A DNA stretch of 64,000 bases from Dehalococcoidales bacterium (GCA_050014355.1 JBEKDL010000002.1:2503-66502), one strand, 5' to 3'. Positions 18,805 to 27,534 are shown, counted from the first letter of the stretch. The notes: a model not told the origin generated them from the sequence alone. Translations and numbers: made by a program.

Positions 18805-19583
18805 TTACCGCCGGAATCGACATCGGCTCTCTCACGGCCAAGGCGGTAGTCCTCAAAGATAAAGACATCGCCGGGTACGCGATCATGACTGCCGGAGCGG
18901 ATGTGACAGCAGCGGCCGGGCGTGTCCTGGGCGAGGCGCTGGAAAAAGCGGGACAGCGTCAGGAAGACCTGGCGGTGGTGGTGGCCACCGGCTATGGCCG
19001 GGCCAAAGTGCCCCAGGCTAAAAAATCGGTCACCGAGATAACCTGCGATGCGCGCGGGACTCATTTCCTGTTCCCGGAAGCGGGAATGATTATCGATATC
19101 GGAGGGCAGGACAGCAAGGTTATCAGCCTCGACGCTCAAGGCAGGGTCATTGATTTCACGATGAATGATAAGTGCGCCGCGGGAACCGGTCGTTTCCTCG
19201 AAGTGATGGCGCGTGCCCTGGAAATAGAACTCGACCAGCTCGGGCCGGTCTCCCTGAAACACCGGAAAGCGGTGGTCATCAGCAGCATGTGTACCGTCTT
19301 CGCCGAGTCGGAGGTCGTCTCGCTGATTGCGGAGGGTTATGCCCGGGAGGATATCCTTAACGGCCTGCACCAGGCCATCGCCAGCCGGATTGCCGCTATG
19401 GCCCAGGGGTTGAGGGCGGAAAAAACGGTAGTGCTGGGCGGGGGTGTGGCGAAGAACTCGGGCGTGGTGCAAGCCCTTGAGGAAAAGCTGAAAACCAGGG
19501 TAAAAGTCCCGCCGGAACCGCAAATCGTGGCGGCACTGGGGGCGGCCATCTGCGCGCGGGAAATGGCCGAGGCCAAACACTAA
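18801..19583 (+). CDS. CoA-substrate-specific enzyme activase (HgdC/BcrAD-type ATPase)
   Basis: 260 aa with a 4-nt overlap. It has the ASKHA-fold motifs GIDIGSLTAKAV, IDIGGQDSKVI and NDKCAAGTGRFLE (cluster-bridging Cys). Confidence 0.9.
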   Translation: MITAGIDIGSLTAKAVVLKDKDIAGYAIMTAGADVTAAAGRVLGEALEKAGQRQEDLAVVVATGYGRAKVPQAKKSVTEITCDARGTHFLFPEAGMIIDIGGQDSKVISLDAQGRVIDFTMNDKCAAGTGRFLEVMARALEIELDQLGPVSLKHRKAVVISSMCTVFAESEVVSLIAEGYAREDILNGLHQAIASRIAAMAQGLRAEKTVVLGGGVAKNSGVVQALEEKLKTRVKVPPEPQIVAALGAAICAREMAEAKH

Positions 19584-19626
19584 ATTTTATCTCTAAACTC
19601 TAAATACTCTCTTCCCCCACCTGGAT

Positions 19627-21696
19627 TTAGAGGTTACACTTGCTCACCTGGCAAAGCTGTGATTTACAGGGTATAAATCCGGAAATCGGGTCAAGGTTTT
19701 TATCATCCACCAGGCTGTTGACATTGGCTTCCCCGGGCCAGTGGTGCGGCAGCGAGACAACGCCTTGCAGAATGGTATCGGTGACGTGGGCTTTCATCCT
19801 GATGCTGCCGCGTGGCGTGCTGATGGTCACCGTATCACCCGCGTTTATCCCGCGCGCTTTAGCGTCCGCGTGATGAATGTCCACCAGCGGTTCCGGCATC
19901 AGCTTGCGCAGCCGGGGGATGTTGCGGTGCTGCGAATGCGTGTAGGCCATCACCCTGGCGCCGGAGGTTATGACCAACGGGAATGACTTCGCAAGGTCAG
20001 GCCGACTTAAAGGACTTTCCGGGGGCTCACGATATACGGGGAGGGCGTCCAGGCCGTGTTCGGCCAGCGCGGCGCAGGCAATTTCCACCTTACCGGAGGG
20101 CGTGCAGAACCCCAGTTTCCGATAGTATTTTTCCGGCCTTTTTACGGCAGGGAGTTTAATTCCTTCAGGGTGCTGTTTGAGGTCTTGGCAGGTGATTTTA
20201 AGCGGCTCCAGCACGTAATCGGCGCACCTGGTAAAATCACCGTTCCAGAAAAGCTCGCCGAATCCCAGCCTTTTTGCCAGTTCAGAGTAGATGTCCCACT
20301 CCGTGCGGCTTTCGCCTACCGGACTGATGGCCGGTGAAATCAGCCTGGCACAGCCTCTGTAATTTGTAAGGAGTATCGGCCTCTCCAGCCACGATGCGAT
20401 AGGCAGCACGATGTCCGCAAGCTGTGTTCCGGGGGTATGAAAATATTCGGTCACGGCGACGAAATCAAGCTTTTCAAGAGACGCAGTCATCCGGCGGGAG
20501 TTGGCGAAAAACTGGATGTCAAGTCCCGCAGAGAAGAGCGCTTTGATGGGATACGGCTCACAGCTCTCAATCTGGTCAACTATGGCGTTGGACTGCATCT
20601 CGCGGTAGCGTTCCGTCCATATCGGAAAACGCTGGGAACCTACTCCCGGCGGCATTTTGGAGATTCTTTCGTGCAGGGTGATGTCGTTGACCTCGACCGT
20701 TGTATGGTTAGCGAACCTGTTACCACCGTTAATATCGAAGTTGCCGGTCAGCGCCGGAAGCAGAATTATCGCCCGGTGGTTCTGTACGCCGTTGGAATGA
20801 TGGGTGGTGCTGTTCGCGCTCAAGTGGAGCTTGGCCGGTTTGGTAGTCGCGTAGAGGATAGCCGCCTCTCTGATTTTGGCGGCAGGCACCCATGTTATCT
20901 CTGCCACACGCTCCGGTGGATATTCCTGTGCCAGACTGGCCAATCCCTCGAAGCCGATTGTCCACTTTTTGATAAACTCCTTGTCGTGAAGGTCCTGATT
21001 GATGATGACATTCATCATGCCCAGCGCCAAAGCGCCGTCTGTGCCGGGGCGGAGCTGCAGGTGAATATTGGCCCGGGAGGCGATGGTGGTGCGTTGGGGG
21101 TCTACCACGATGTATTTGACGCCCCTTTTGATTGCCTCGATATTTTCCTGCCAGGCCTGCGGGGATGAAATAACGCTGGAACCCCAGACCAGCTTGCATT
21201 TTGTTTCGGGTTCCACCGAAGCGCTGGAGCCAGCCATCCCGGAATACTCTGGGCCATAGGTCAGGTTGGCGGCTATCCATGTACCGGAAAAGCAGTTGCT
21301 GCTCTCGGTGCAGTAGTTGGGTGAGCCAAAGGCGTGGGACAGCCGGTGGAAAAAAGGGCGGGGTTCCTTGGTATAGGCAATCCAGAAAACGACCGATTCC
21401 GCCCCGTATTTATTTTTAACTAATTGCAGGTTGTGCGCAGTTATATCTAAAGCCTCTTCCCACGTAGTTCGTTGCCATGAGCCTTTGCCCTGTGCGCCGG
21501 TGCGTTTAAGGGGATATTGCAGGCGGTCAGGGTGATAGATAAAGTCGAGCTGGGCTTTCCAGCGCGGGCAATAGGCTACCTTTGGGTCAGCGATATCAAT
21601 TTTAACAGCTTTCCCGTCGCGGACATTTATCTTCGTCGGGCAGGAGTTGGAACACATATAGCAAATACCGTCTTTGACTTCTACAGACTTAGCCAT
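19627..21696 (-). CDS. Molybdopterin (Mo/W-bisPGD) oxidoreductase, cytoplasmic, stand-alone
   Basis: The ORF track gives 19627-21756; ATG 21696 (MAKSVEVKDGICYMCSNSCP) is preferred. The N-terminal CxxCxxxC...C [4Fe-4S] motif is present. There is no twin-arginine signal and no adjacent FeS or membrane subunit. Confidence 0.85.
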   Translation of the reverse strand: MAKSVEVKDGICYMCSNSCPTKINVRDGKAVKIDIADPKVAYCPRWKAQLDFIYHPDRLQYPLKRTGAQGKGSWQRTTWEEALDITAHNLQLVKNKYGAESVVFWIAYTKEPRPFFHRLSHAFGSPNYCTESSNCFSGTWIAANLTYGPEYSGMAGSSASVEPETKCKLVWGSSVISSPQAWQENIEAIKRGVKYIVVDPQRTTIASRANIHLQLRPGTDGALALGMMNVIINQDLHDKEFIKKWTIGFEGLASLAQEYPPERVAEITWVPAAKIREAAILYATTKPAKLHLSANSTTHHSNGVQNHRAIILLPALTGNFDINGGNRFANHTTVEVNDITLHERISKMPPGVGSQRFPIWTERYREMQSNAIVDQIESCEPYPIKALFSAGLDIQFFANSRRMTASLEKLDFVAVTEYFHTPGTQLADIVLPIASWLERPILLTNYRGCARLISPAISPVGESRTEWDIYSELAKRLGFGELFWNGDFTRCADYVLEPLKITCQDLKQHPEGIKLPAVKRPEKYYRKLGFCTPSGKVEIACAALAEHGLDALPVYREPPESPLSRPDLAKSFPLVITSGARVMAYTHSQHRNIPRLRKLMPEPLVDIHHADAKARGINAGDTVTISTPRGSIRMKAHVTDTILQGVVSLPHHWPGEANVNSLVDDKNLDPISGFIPCKSQLCQVSKCNL

Positions 21697-21797
21697 TTTA
21701 GCTGTTCCCCTAACTTCAAATTCGGAAAAAGGCTGGACTTCTATTAAGTATATCACTTACCCATCCCAAAACAACTTCCTGTTGTCCCACCTGCATA

Positions 21798-21806
21798 TGG
21801 TATAAT
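21798..21806 (+). promoter_or_regulatory. Extended -10 promoter element (TGgTATAAT) upstream of rsfS
   Basis: TGGTATAAT is read directly, about 33 nt upstream of the first in-frame sense codons of rsfS. Confidence 0.4.
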
Positions 21807-21838
21807 CTTATCAAAATACGATTGTGGAGATTTGAAGG

Positions 21839-22183
21839 CTGGAAGGTATTGAGTTAGCGCGCCGGGCCGTAGACGCGGCCAGCGATAAACAGGCCGCCAA
21901 CATCGTGCTGCTGGACGTGCGCGGTCTTTGCGGCTTCGCCGACTATTTTGTCATCTGCGCCGGGGAAAGTCAGCGGCAGCTCCGCTCTATCTACGATGAA
22001 ATCGAGAAAAGCCTGAAAAACCAGAGCACGCTGCCGTCTCATCATGAAGGCAGCTCCGATTCGGGCTGGCTCCTGCTCGATTACGGCGATGTTATTGTCC
22101 ACGTTTTCGGAGAGCAGGAGCGCGCGTTCTATAATCTCGAAGGGTTCTGGCGCCACGCCAGGACTGTCTTGAGCATCCAGTAA
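21839..22183 (+). CDS. rsfS: Ribosomal silencing factor RsfS
   Basis: The sequence is RsfS/iojap-like (NIVLLDVRGLCGFADYFVICAG...LLDYGDVIVHVF). The first canonical start is GTG 21905, but conserved N-terminal sequence (LARRAVDAASDKQAANIV) lies upstream, between TGA 21833-35 and 21905. That stretch contains only CTG 21839 and ATT 21848 as candidate starts, so the start is unresolved. Confidence 0.75.
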   Translation: MEGIELARRAVDAASDKQAANIVLLDVRGLCGFADYFVICAGESQRQLRSIYDEIEKSLKNQSTLPSHHEGSSDSGWLLLDYGDVIVHVFGEQERAFYNLEGFWRHARTVLSIQ

Positions 22184-22600
22184 TCAGCTGAAAATCTCTT
22201 TCTTCGTGAAAAAGAGGGACACCTCTTTTACCCCGTTTTCCGGCGAATCCGACCCGTGGATGGAATTTCTCGTCAGGTCCAGGCCGAAGTCCTTCCGTAT
22301 CGTCCCCGGGGCGGCTTTAGCGGGGTCGGTGGCGCCCATGATTTTCCGGATGCGCTCCACGGCTTTTTCACCTTCGAATGCGGCGGCCACGATAGGGGTG
22401 GAGGTAATATAGTCCAGCAGGTCTTTGAAAAAGGGCTTTCCTTTATGGACGGCGTAGTGGCGCTCGGCCAGCCCTCTATCCACGTGCAGCATCTTGAGCG
22501 CAACGAGCTTTAACCCCTCCCCCTGCAGCCTGGCGATGATAGCGCCGGCCAGTCCCCTTTCCATAGCATCGGGCTTCACAAGAACCAGTGACCTTTCCAT
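22184..22600 (-). CDS. ndk: Nucleoside diphosphate kinase
   Basis: 138 aa, MERSLVLVKPDA... with the active-site NSIHGSDS. Its stop abuts the rsfS stop with 0 nt between them. Confidence 0.95.
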   Translation of the reverse strand: MERSLVLVKPDAMERGLAGAIIARLQGEGLKLVALKMLHVDRGLAERHYAVHKGKPFFKDLLDYITSTPIVAAAFEGEKAVERIRKIMGATDPAKAAPGTIRKDFGLDLTRNSIHGSDSPENGVKEVSLFFTKKEIFS

Positions 22601-22618
22601 GGAAAAACTCCTGATATA

Positions 22619-23299
22619 TTATTTTTTAGTTCGCGACCGACTAAAAAGCGCGGTTAAATCGGTGAATCTGACCTTTTCCAGGGTATCGACGACGAGGTCG
22701 GCCTGCTTCAGCCTGGTTTCAGGATGGCTGGTAGCAACCGCGACGCATTTCATCCCGGCATTTCTCGCTCCGGCCACCCCGGCGATGGCGTCCTCGAAGA
22801 CGACGCAATCGGCCGGCCTGACACCGAGCTTCTGGGCCGCCAGCAGGTAAATCTGCGGGGAGGGTTTGCCCTCGGGCACCTCGTGGCCAAAAACGACGGC
22901 CTGAAAAAAGCCGTCAACGTTCAGCGTTCGCGTGATGATTTTGATGTTTTCCGGCGGCGCGGAAGAGGCGATAGCCTGTTTGACGCCGTGCTCTTTCAGC
23001 GCCCTGATAAGCTCGATGGCCCCGGGCAGCGCCCTTACATGCCCGGCTACTCTACGGCGGAAGTTTGCCTGTTTAGCGTCGTTGATAGCGCCCATCTCTG
23101 CGGGAGCTGTGCCTTCGCCCAGAGCGTCTTTAATAATAGTGTCGTTCCTCTGCCCGAAGAAGCGCAAGAAGTGTTCCATGGTGTAATCGATGTCCTTTTT
23201 AGCGAACTCTTCTTTCCAGGCCAGGTAATGGTATTCGACGGTATCCGCGATAACCCCGTCCATGTCCCAGATGGCTGCCTCCAGGTGCGCTTCAGACAT
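22619..23299 (-). CDS. HAD-superfamily hydrolase (beta-phosphoglucomutase-like subfamily IA)
   Basis: 226 aa with HAD motif I DMDGVIADT, plus a cap domain and VFEDAIAGVAGARNAGM (motif IV region). Confidence 0.8.
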   Translation of the reverse strand: MSEAHLEAAIWDMDGVIADTVEYHYLAWKEEFAKKDIDYTMEHFLRFFGQRNDTIIKDALGEGTAPAEMGAINDAKQANFRRRVAGHVRALPGAIELIRALKEHGVKQAIASSAPPENIKIITRTLNVDGFFQAVVFGHEVPEGKPSPQIYLLAAQKLGVRPADCVVFEDAIAGVAGARNAGMKCVAVATSHPETRLKQADLVVDTLEKVRFTDLTALFSRSRTKK

Positions 23300-23759
23300 G
23301 GCTGCGCTTCTCCCGCACTTTATCGGCTTTCCCTGCCTCGTTATCGGCGATGAACTGCTTGGCCGTGCTTTCCGCGACGACCGTGCCGTCTTTCAGGCAT
23401 ACCTGTCCCTCGGTTTCGATAATTTTTTTACGGTGCAGGGTGACGCGGCCGGTGACGATGAGGGGCGTGTCCACCTTTATGGGCTGCCGCTGCCGTATGG
23501 TGATGCTGGCGGTCAGGCAGGTATTGCCAGTGGTATAAGCGGCATGGCTCATCGCCTCGTCCAGCAGGCAGCCCAGGATACCGCCGTGGAGTAGTCCCGG
23601 CCAGCCCTGGAACTCTTTTACGGGAGTATATTCTGCCCTGACTGTATCGCCTTCCCTGACGAATTTGAGCTTCAGACCGATGGGATTATTGCCGCCGCAC
23701 CCGAAACAGAACCCTTCATTGAGGTCGGCGTTGAGCGTTACTTTTGGCACAATAACCAT
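23292..23759 (-). CDS. PaaI-type hotdog-fold thioesterase
   Basis: 155 aa with the N-terminal CFGCG...NPIGL and GLLHGGILGCLLDEAM typical of PaaI/YiiD-like thioesterases. Confidence 0.7.
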   Translation of the reverse strand: MVIVPKVTLNADLNEGFCFGCGGNNPIGLKLKFVREGDTVRAEYTPVKEFQGWPGLLHGGILGCLLDEAMSHAAYTTGNTCLTASITIRQRQPIKVDTPLIVTGRVTLHRKKIIETEGQVCLKDGTVVAESTAKQFIADNEAGKADKVREKRSHV

Positions 23760-23787
23760 GATTGTATCTCCATTCCGGTCTTAATTA

Positions 23788-24783
23788 TTAAAAGTGCTGC
23801 CAGCCCGTTTTTCCGGTCTTCACGGCTTTTCCCTGTACGTCAATCAGGTCAATCTTGCCCGGCTCGCCGGCGGTGATTTCTCCGATGGCCGTAACCGGGC
23901 ACTTTAGCTCCGATTTAGCTTTGTTGACCGCGGCGGAGCTGCCCGTGAAAAGGAGCTCGTAGTCTTCCCCGCCGGAAAGCGCCAGACCCGGCGCTTTGTC
24001 CCCGAAGCTGCCTTTCATTAAAGGATGGACCGGCAAACGTTCGGCAAAGACACGGGCGCTCATTTTGCTCTCTTTGCAGATGTGGCGGAGGTCGGAGAGC
24101 AGACCGTCGCTGATATCGATGGCGGTTTTCAGGCCGCATTTGACCAGGAACTGACCTTCAGCCAGGCGCGGCACAGGATGAACGAAGGCGCTTTTCAGGT
24201 ATTTTTCGGCCTCCGGTTTGAGCTTGAGCTTTTGCGTGAGCATCTCCATCCCGGCGGCGGCGCTGCCCGGGTAACCGGTCACGGCAATAGTATCGCCGGG
24301 TCGGGCGGCCGAGCGCCGCAATATCTCGCCATTCAGACTGCGGCCGATAACGGTGATGGTCACGGATACCTGCGGCGCGCGGGAGATGTTGCCGCCGACG
24401 ATGGCTGTCCGCGACCCCCTGGCCAGTTTAATCATGCCATCGTACAGGGCGGTGACATCCGACACGGCGGAATCTTTCGGCAGAGCGAGGGCGACCAGCG
24501 CGTACTCCGGCACGCCGCCCATCGCGGCGATATCGCTTAAGTTAATGGCCAGCGATTTCCAGCCGAGCTCCTGCCAGGAGATGGTGTCCAGCGTGAAATG
24601 GACGTCCTGTACCATGGTGTCTACCGTGGCCAACTCTATCGAGCCGTCAGGGCGCCAGGCGGCGGCATCATCGCCGATGCCGATGAGCGGACGGTCCGGG
24701 GCGAGCCGGTCGACTTTCGCGTCGGATATCATTTTGGCGAGGAGGTCAATCAGCCTGAACTCTCCCAGCTTGGAGACTTTCAT
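23788..24783 (-). CDS. thiL: Thiamine-monophosphate kinase
   Basis: 331 aa with an AIR-synthase-like fold and GIGDDAAAW near the N-terminus. Length and pattern are typical of ThiL. Confidence 0.88.
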   Translation of the reverse strand: MKVSKLGEFRLIDLLAKMISDAKVDRLAPDRPLIGIGDDAAAWRPDGSIELATVDTMVQDVHFTLDTISWQELGWKSLAINLSDIAAMGGVPEYALVALALPKDSAVSDVTALYDGMIKLARGSRTAIVGGNISRAPQVSVTITVIGRSLNGEILRRSAARPGDTIAVTGYPGSAAAGMEMLTQKLKLKPEAEKYLKSAFVHPVPRLAEGQFLVKCGLKTAIDISDGLLSDLRHICKESKMSARVFAERLPVHPLMKGSFGDKAPGLALSGGEDYELLFTGSSAAVNKAKSELKCPVTAIGEITAGEPGKIDLIDVQGKAVKTGKTGWQHF

Positions 24784-24857
24784 CAGGGAAATTATAGCAT
24801 ATTCATGACTACGCTCACTATATGGAGACTGTTGCGAAACTCATTAATCATATGTAA

Positions 24858-25790
24858 TTACTGTTTATAAAATGGTACTGGCGTATCCGACCATTGACTT
24901 GGTGCGCCGCCAAAAGGATTATCATTTATCGACCACATTCCAGGATATAGATACAAACATTTAAATTGAGCAGAATAAGTATATTTTTGTTGGGTCGGTG
25001 CATGTGTTATCGGGTCGTAAATAGTGATGAAGTCTTTGGAGACAGTATAAGTGCCTACCTTTTTCCCGTTATAAGGGTCATCCGTTGAATAAGTCCCGTC
25101 CTTATTTAATGTTATCGATGCCGTGAATCCTGCCGCCGATGCAACATAGGTTCCATATGGTATTAAAGGCGATACTTGATTCACGGCCTTTTGTGAGAGA
25201 AAGGCATATGCTGCCACTTTCTCTCCACCAGTTAATTTCCCGTAGGAATAGGGTTGTTGACCCTGATACACTATCTGAGCATTACTTAAAGTCAAATTAC
25301 TTGGAACTTCAAAACAAGTTAACAATTGTCTAGTTTGGCCTTCATCTAGCGAGGGAATGGGTGTTCCAGGGAGTGCCTTAAAATACTCAGGACATCTATA
25401 TATATTCGTTCCATCCGTAATTGCCCACCAATAATAAGTCCAGCAATTTTGATTAGGGACAGACGCTAGATAAGTTTTATTCTTAACAGAGATATTTACA
25501 ACCCACAAAACATCACCTCCCTTGGGATTCAAAACTCCAGAGCCACCTTCAATAATATCCTGTACTAATCCAGTCACTGTCACACGCCCAATAATATCTG
25601 CTGGATAGGATGAAGAAAGTGGGGTGAGAGTAGATGAATTAAGATGTGACATCGCTTCACTGGCCTTCTCTTTTGCAGAATTGGCTGCCTGTTGTACACC
25701 AGCACATGCAGAGGCAATCGTTAGTATAGGAATGAGAAAACAAGCCAATATCACGAAACTAGATATAGAGGTAAAATGATTTTTAAACAT
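24858..25790 (-). CDS. Hypothetical lipoprotein (AT-rich island gene 3)
   Basis: 310 aa. It has a signal peptide with a lipobox-like LTIASAC and a beta-rich mature part. I recognise no catalytic motif. Confidence 0.6.
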   Translation of the reverse strand: MFKNHFTSISSFVILACFLIPILTIASACAGVQQAANSAKEKASEAMSHLNSSTLTPLSSSYPADIIGRVTVTGLVQDIIEGGSGVLNPKGGDVLWVVNISVKNKTYLASVPNQNCWTYYWWAITDGTNIYRCPEYFKALPGTPIPSLDEGQTRQLLTCFEVPSNLTLSNAQIVYQGQQPYSYGKLTGGEKVAAYAFLSQKAVNQVSPLIPYGTYVASAAGFTASITLNKDGTYSTDDPYNGKKVGTYTVSKDFITIYDPITHAPTQQKYTYSAQFKCLYLYPGMWSINDNPFGGAPSQWSDTPVPFYKQ

Positions 25791-25842
25791 ATCCTACCTC
25801 CTAATATTTGCCCCCCTTATTTCGTTTTAGAGCATATCCTAA

Positions 25843-26553
25843 TTATTTGTCTATACTCTGAGTGCAACCAGGATATATACACCGTCCTGCGCTAGCTTCG
25901 GAGTTTACTAGCATGGACTTTATATTACAATACCTTGCTTCACAACTCGGATTTGAACATTCATCAAACCTAGATGCGCCTCCTCTGTATTTATCTAACC
26001 ATTCTTTTGTTTTATTATATTTCTCAATCCATAGATTATTATCTCTGAAGTAAAGAGTTTTGTTATGTTTTAAAAGAGAGAACAGTAAATTTAACTGTTC
26101 ATCTAGGGTTGGTTCAATAATTCTGTAGAATCTCTGTCCATGCGATGCTAATAGGCACTTCCAAGAATCTTCCTCAATGATGTATCTCAATACCAAATCT
26201 TTGTGTTGGGGACAACACAAACTTTCGCCGCACTTCCAGCAATATGGTTTTTTCTGGCTTGGGTTAGGGTTAAATGCGCCGCATTTTCTACATCGTGCTA
26301 TATTACCTTTTGATTGGATATTAAGCATCCTATCCATAATCGCAGGAATAAAAGCATCAAAAAGGCTATCCCTCCACATCCGCACTTCAAACTCGCTCAT
26401 CTTATCGAAAAACGAACAATTTGAATGGAGTTCGCCTCTATACGGACATAGTGATACATCATTTGGTAAGTTGTAAAATTTAATGCACCATGAGCATTGA
26501 GATGTTTGGAATAAATCTAAAATTATTTTCTTCCGTTCAGGTATGTCTGCCAT
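25843..26553 (-). CDS. Hypothetical Cys-rich protein with zinc-ribbon-like motifs (AT-rich island gene 2)
   Basis: 236 aa with CSWC, CRKCGAFNPNPSQKKPYCWKCG (CxxC-x14-CxxC), CSNPSC and CIYPGC. I recognise no family. Confidence 0.6.
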   Translation of the reverse strand: MADIPERKKIILDLFQTSQCSWCIKFYNLPNDVSLCPYRGELHSNCSFFDKMSEFEVRMWRDSLFDAFIPAIMDRMLNIQSKGNIARCRKCGAFNPNPSQKKPYCWKCGESLCCPQHKDLVLRYIIEEDSWKCLLASHGQRFYRIIEPTLDEQLNLLFSLLKHNKTLYFRDNNLWIEKYNKTKEWLDKYRGGASRFDECSNPSCEARYCNIKSMLVNSEASAGRCIYPGCTQSIDK

Positions 26554-26625
26554 TGTTGGTTTCCTATGTTTGATTTACATGCTCATTGATAAAATAATCC
26601 TGATACTGCATAAACATATTTGTAT

Positions 26626-27159
26626 TCATAGCCAATTAGCATAAGGGTACTTATCAGATACATAAAATGAATGAAACATAGTAATATAATCACTATCTGC
26701 GGTTAATGTAACTCTTACCTTATATGTGCCAATGGGTATAGAAGGTAAATTATCTCGTAATTCATCCTCATCTCTAACTACTTTTCCATCCTTTTTTCTG
26801 GCTGATATAATATCAATGGTAACAGGTATAACAGATGAATCAAGTGTAATACGTGCTCCTCTTATTTCGCTATAAGTAAAAAAATCAGGCATATATTCAT
26901 TCAAAAACGGTCTATTTGTTCCTTCCTCAAATATTTGAAGTGTAGCTGAAATGACAACAGAACGACGATAAACTCCAAGAGCCTTTAATATGCTATCCTC
27001 AATCGGTTTGTTCTGAATGTCACAAGACAAGATAGTGTGTTCCTCTATATCTCTCGTATAAAACCGAAATATAATTTTGGGTTTACCCCAAAACATTTGA
27101 ATTGCGGAAGGTGTAGCAACAATTAATGCGATTACTCCTATTATTAAAGCAGCATCCAC
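26626..27159 (-). CDS. Hypothetical single-pass membrane protein (AT-rich island gene 1)
   Basis: 177 aa with the N-terminal helix AALIIGVIALIVATPSAIQMFWG followed by a beta-rich soluble part. I recognise no family. Confidence 0.6.
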   Translation of the reverse strand: MDAALIIGVIALIVATPSAIQMFWGKPKIIFRFYTRDIEEHTILSCDIQNKPIEDSILKALGVYRRSVVISATLQIFEEGTNRPFLNEYMPDFFTYSEIRGARITLDSSVIPVTIDIISARKKDGKVVRDEDELRDNLPSIPIGTYKVRVTLTADSDYITMFHSFYVSDKYPYANWL

Positions 27160-27250
27160 GCCCCTATTCTATCACTTTGGAATCCTTTGTCCAGTAAATA
27201 ATTCCTGTCACTTACGTTACTCACTTTATATGGCAAGACAGCCTGGCAAT

Positions 27251-27278
27251 AAAAAAGGGGGCGAGTGCACCCGCCCCC
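27251..27278 (-). terminator. Intrinsic terminator of the small membrane-protein gene
   Basis: The stem is GGGGGCG (27257-63) paired with CGCCCCC (27272-78). On the minus strand it is followed by TTTTTT (A-run 27251-56 on the + strand). It lies 26 nt after the minus-strand stop at 27304. Confidence 0.7.
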
Positions 27279-27303
27279 TGTGGATTTAACATTTACGGAC
27301 TCA

Positions 27304-27534
27304 TCAAGGTTTTTCGGCCGCTTTGGCCTCTGCCGGCGCCGTTCCACCATCGCCGCGGCCCTGATATTTGAACCTGAAACCCTGGAATACCGCAAACCCC
27401 ACCCCTATCACTCCGGCCAGGGTCGCGGACGCTTTATCCAGGTTCAAAGACGGATAGAACCACGCCAGCGCCGTCACGCCGGCGCCCGAAATCCCGAAAA
27501 CCACCATGAGCAATATTCCCATCTGTTTATCCAT
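27304..27534 (-). CDS. Small two-helix membrane protein, hypothetical
   Basis: 76 aa with two hydrophobic segments, a GGAGGG RBS upstream and its own terminator. Confidence 0.55.
   Translation of the reverse strand: MDKQMGILLMVVFGISGAGVTALAWFYPSLNLDKASATLAGVIGVGFAVFQGFRFKYQGRGDGGTAPAEAKAAEKP

Noticed and set aside
24784-27250. Calling the AT-rich island a prophage, integrative element or defence system.
   Set aside because: I could see no integrase, recombinase, tRNA target, phage structural gene, nuclease, ATPase or methylase motif. Only compositional and weak direct-repeat evidence exists, so it is reported as an island of unknown function only.
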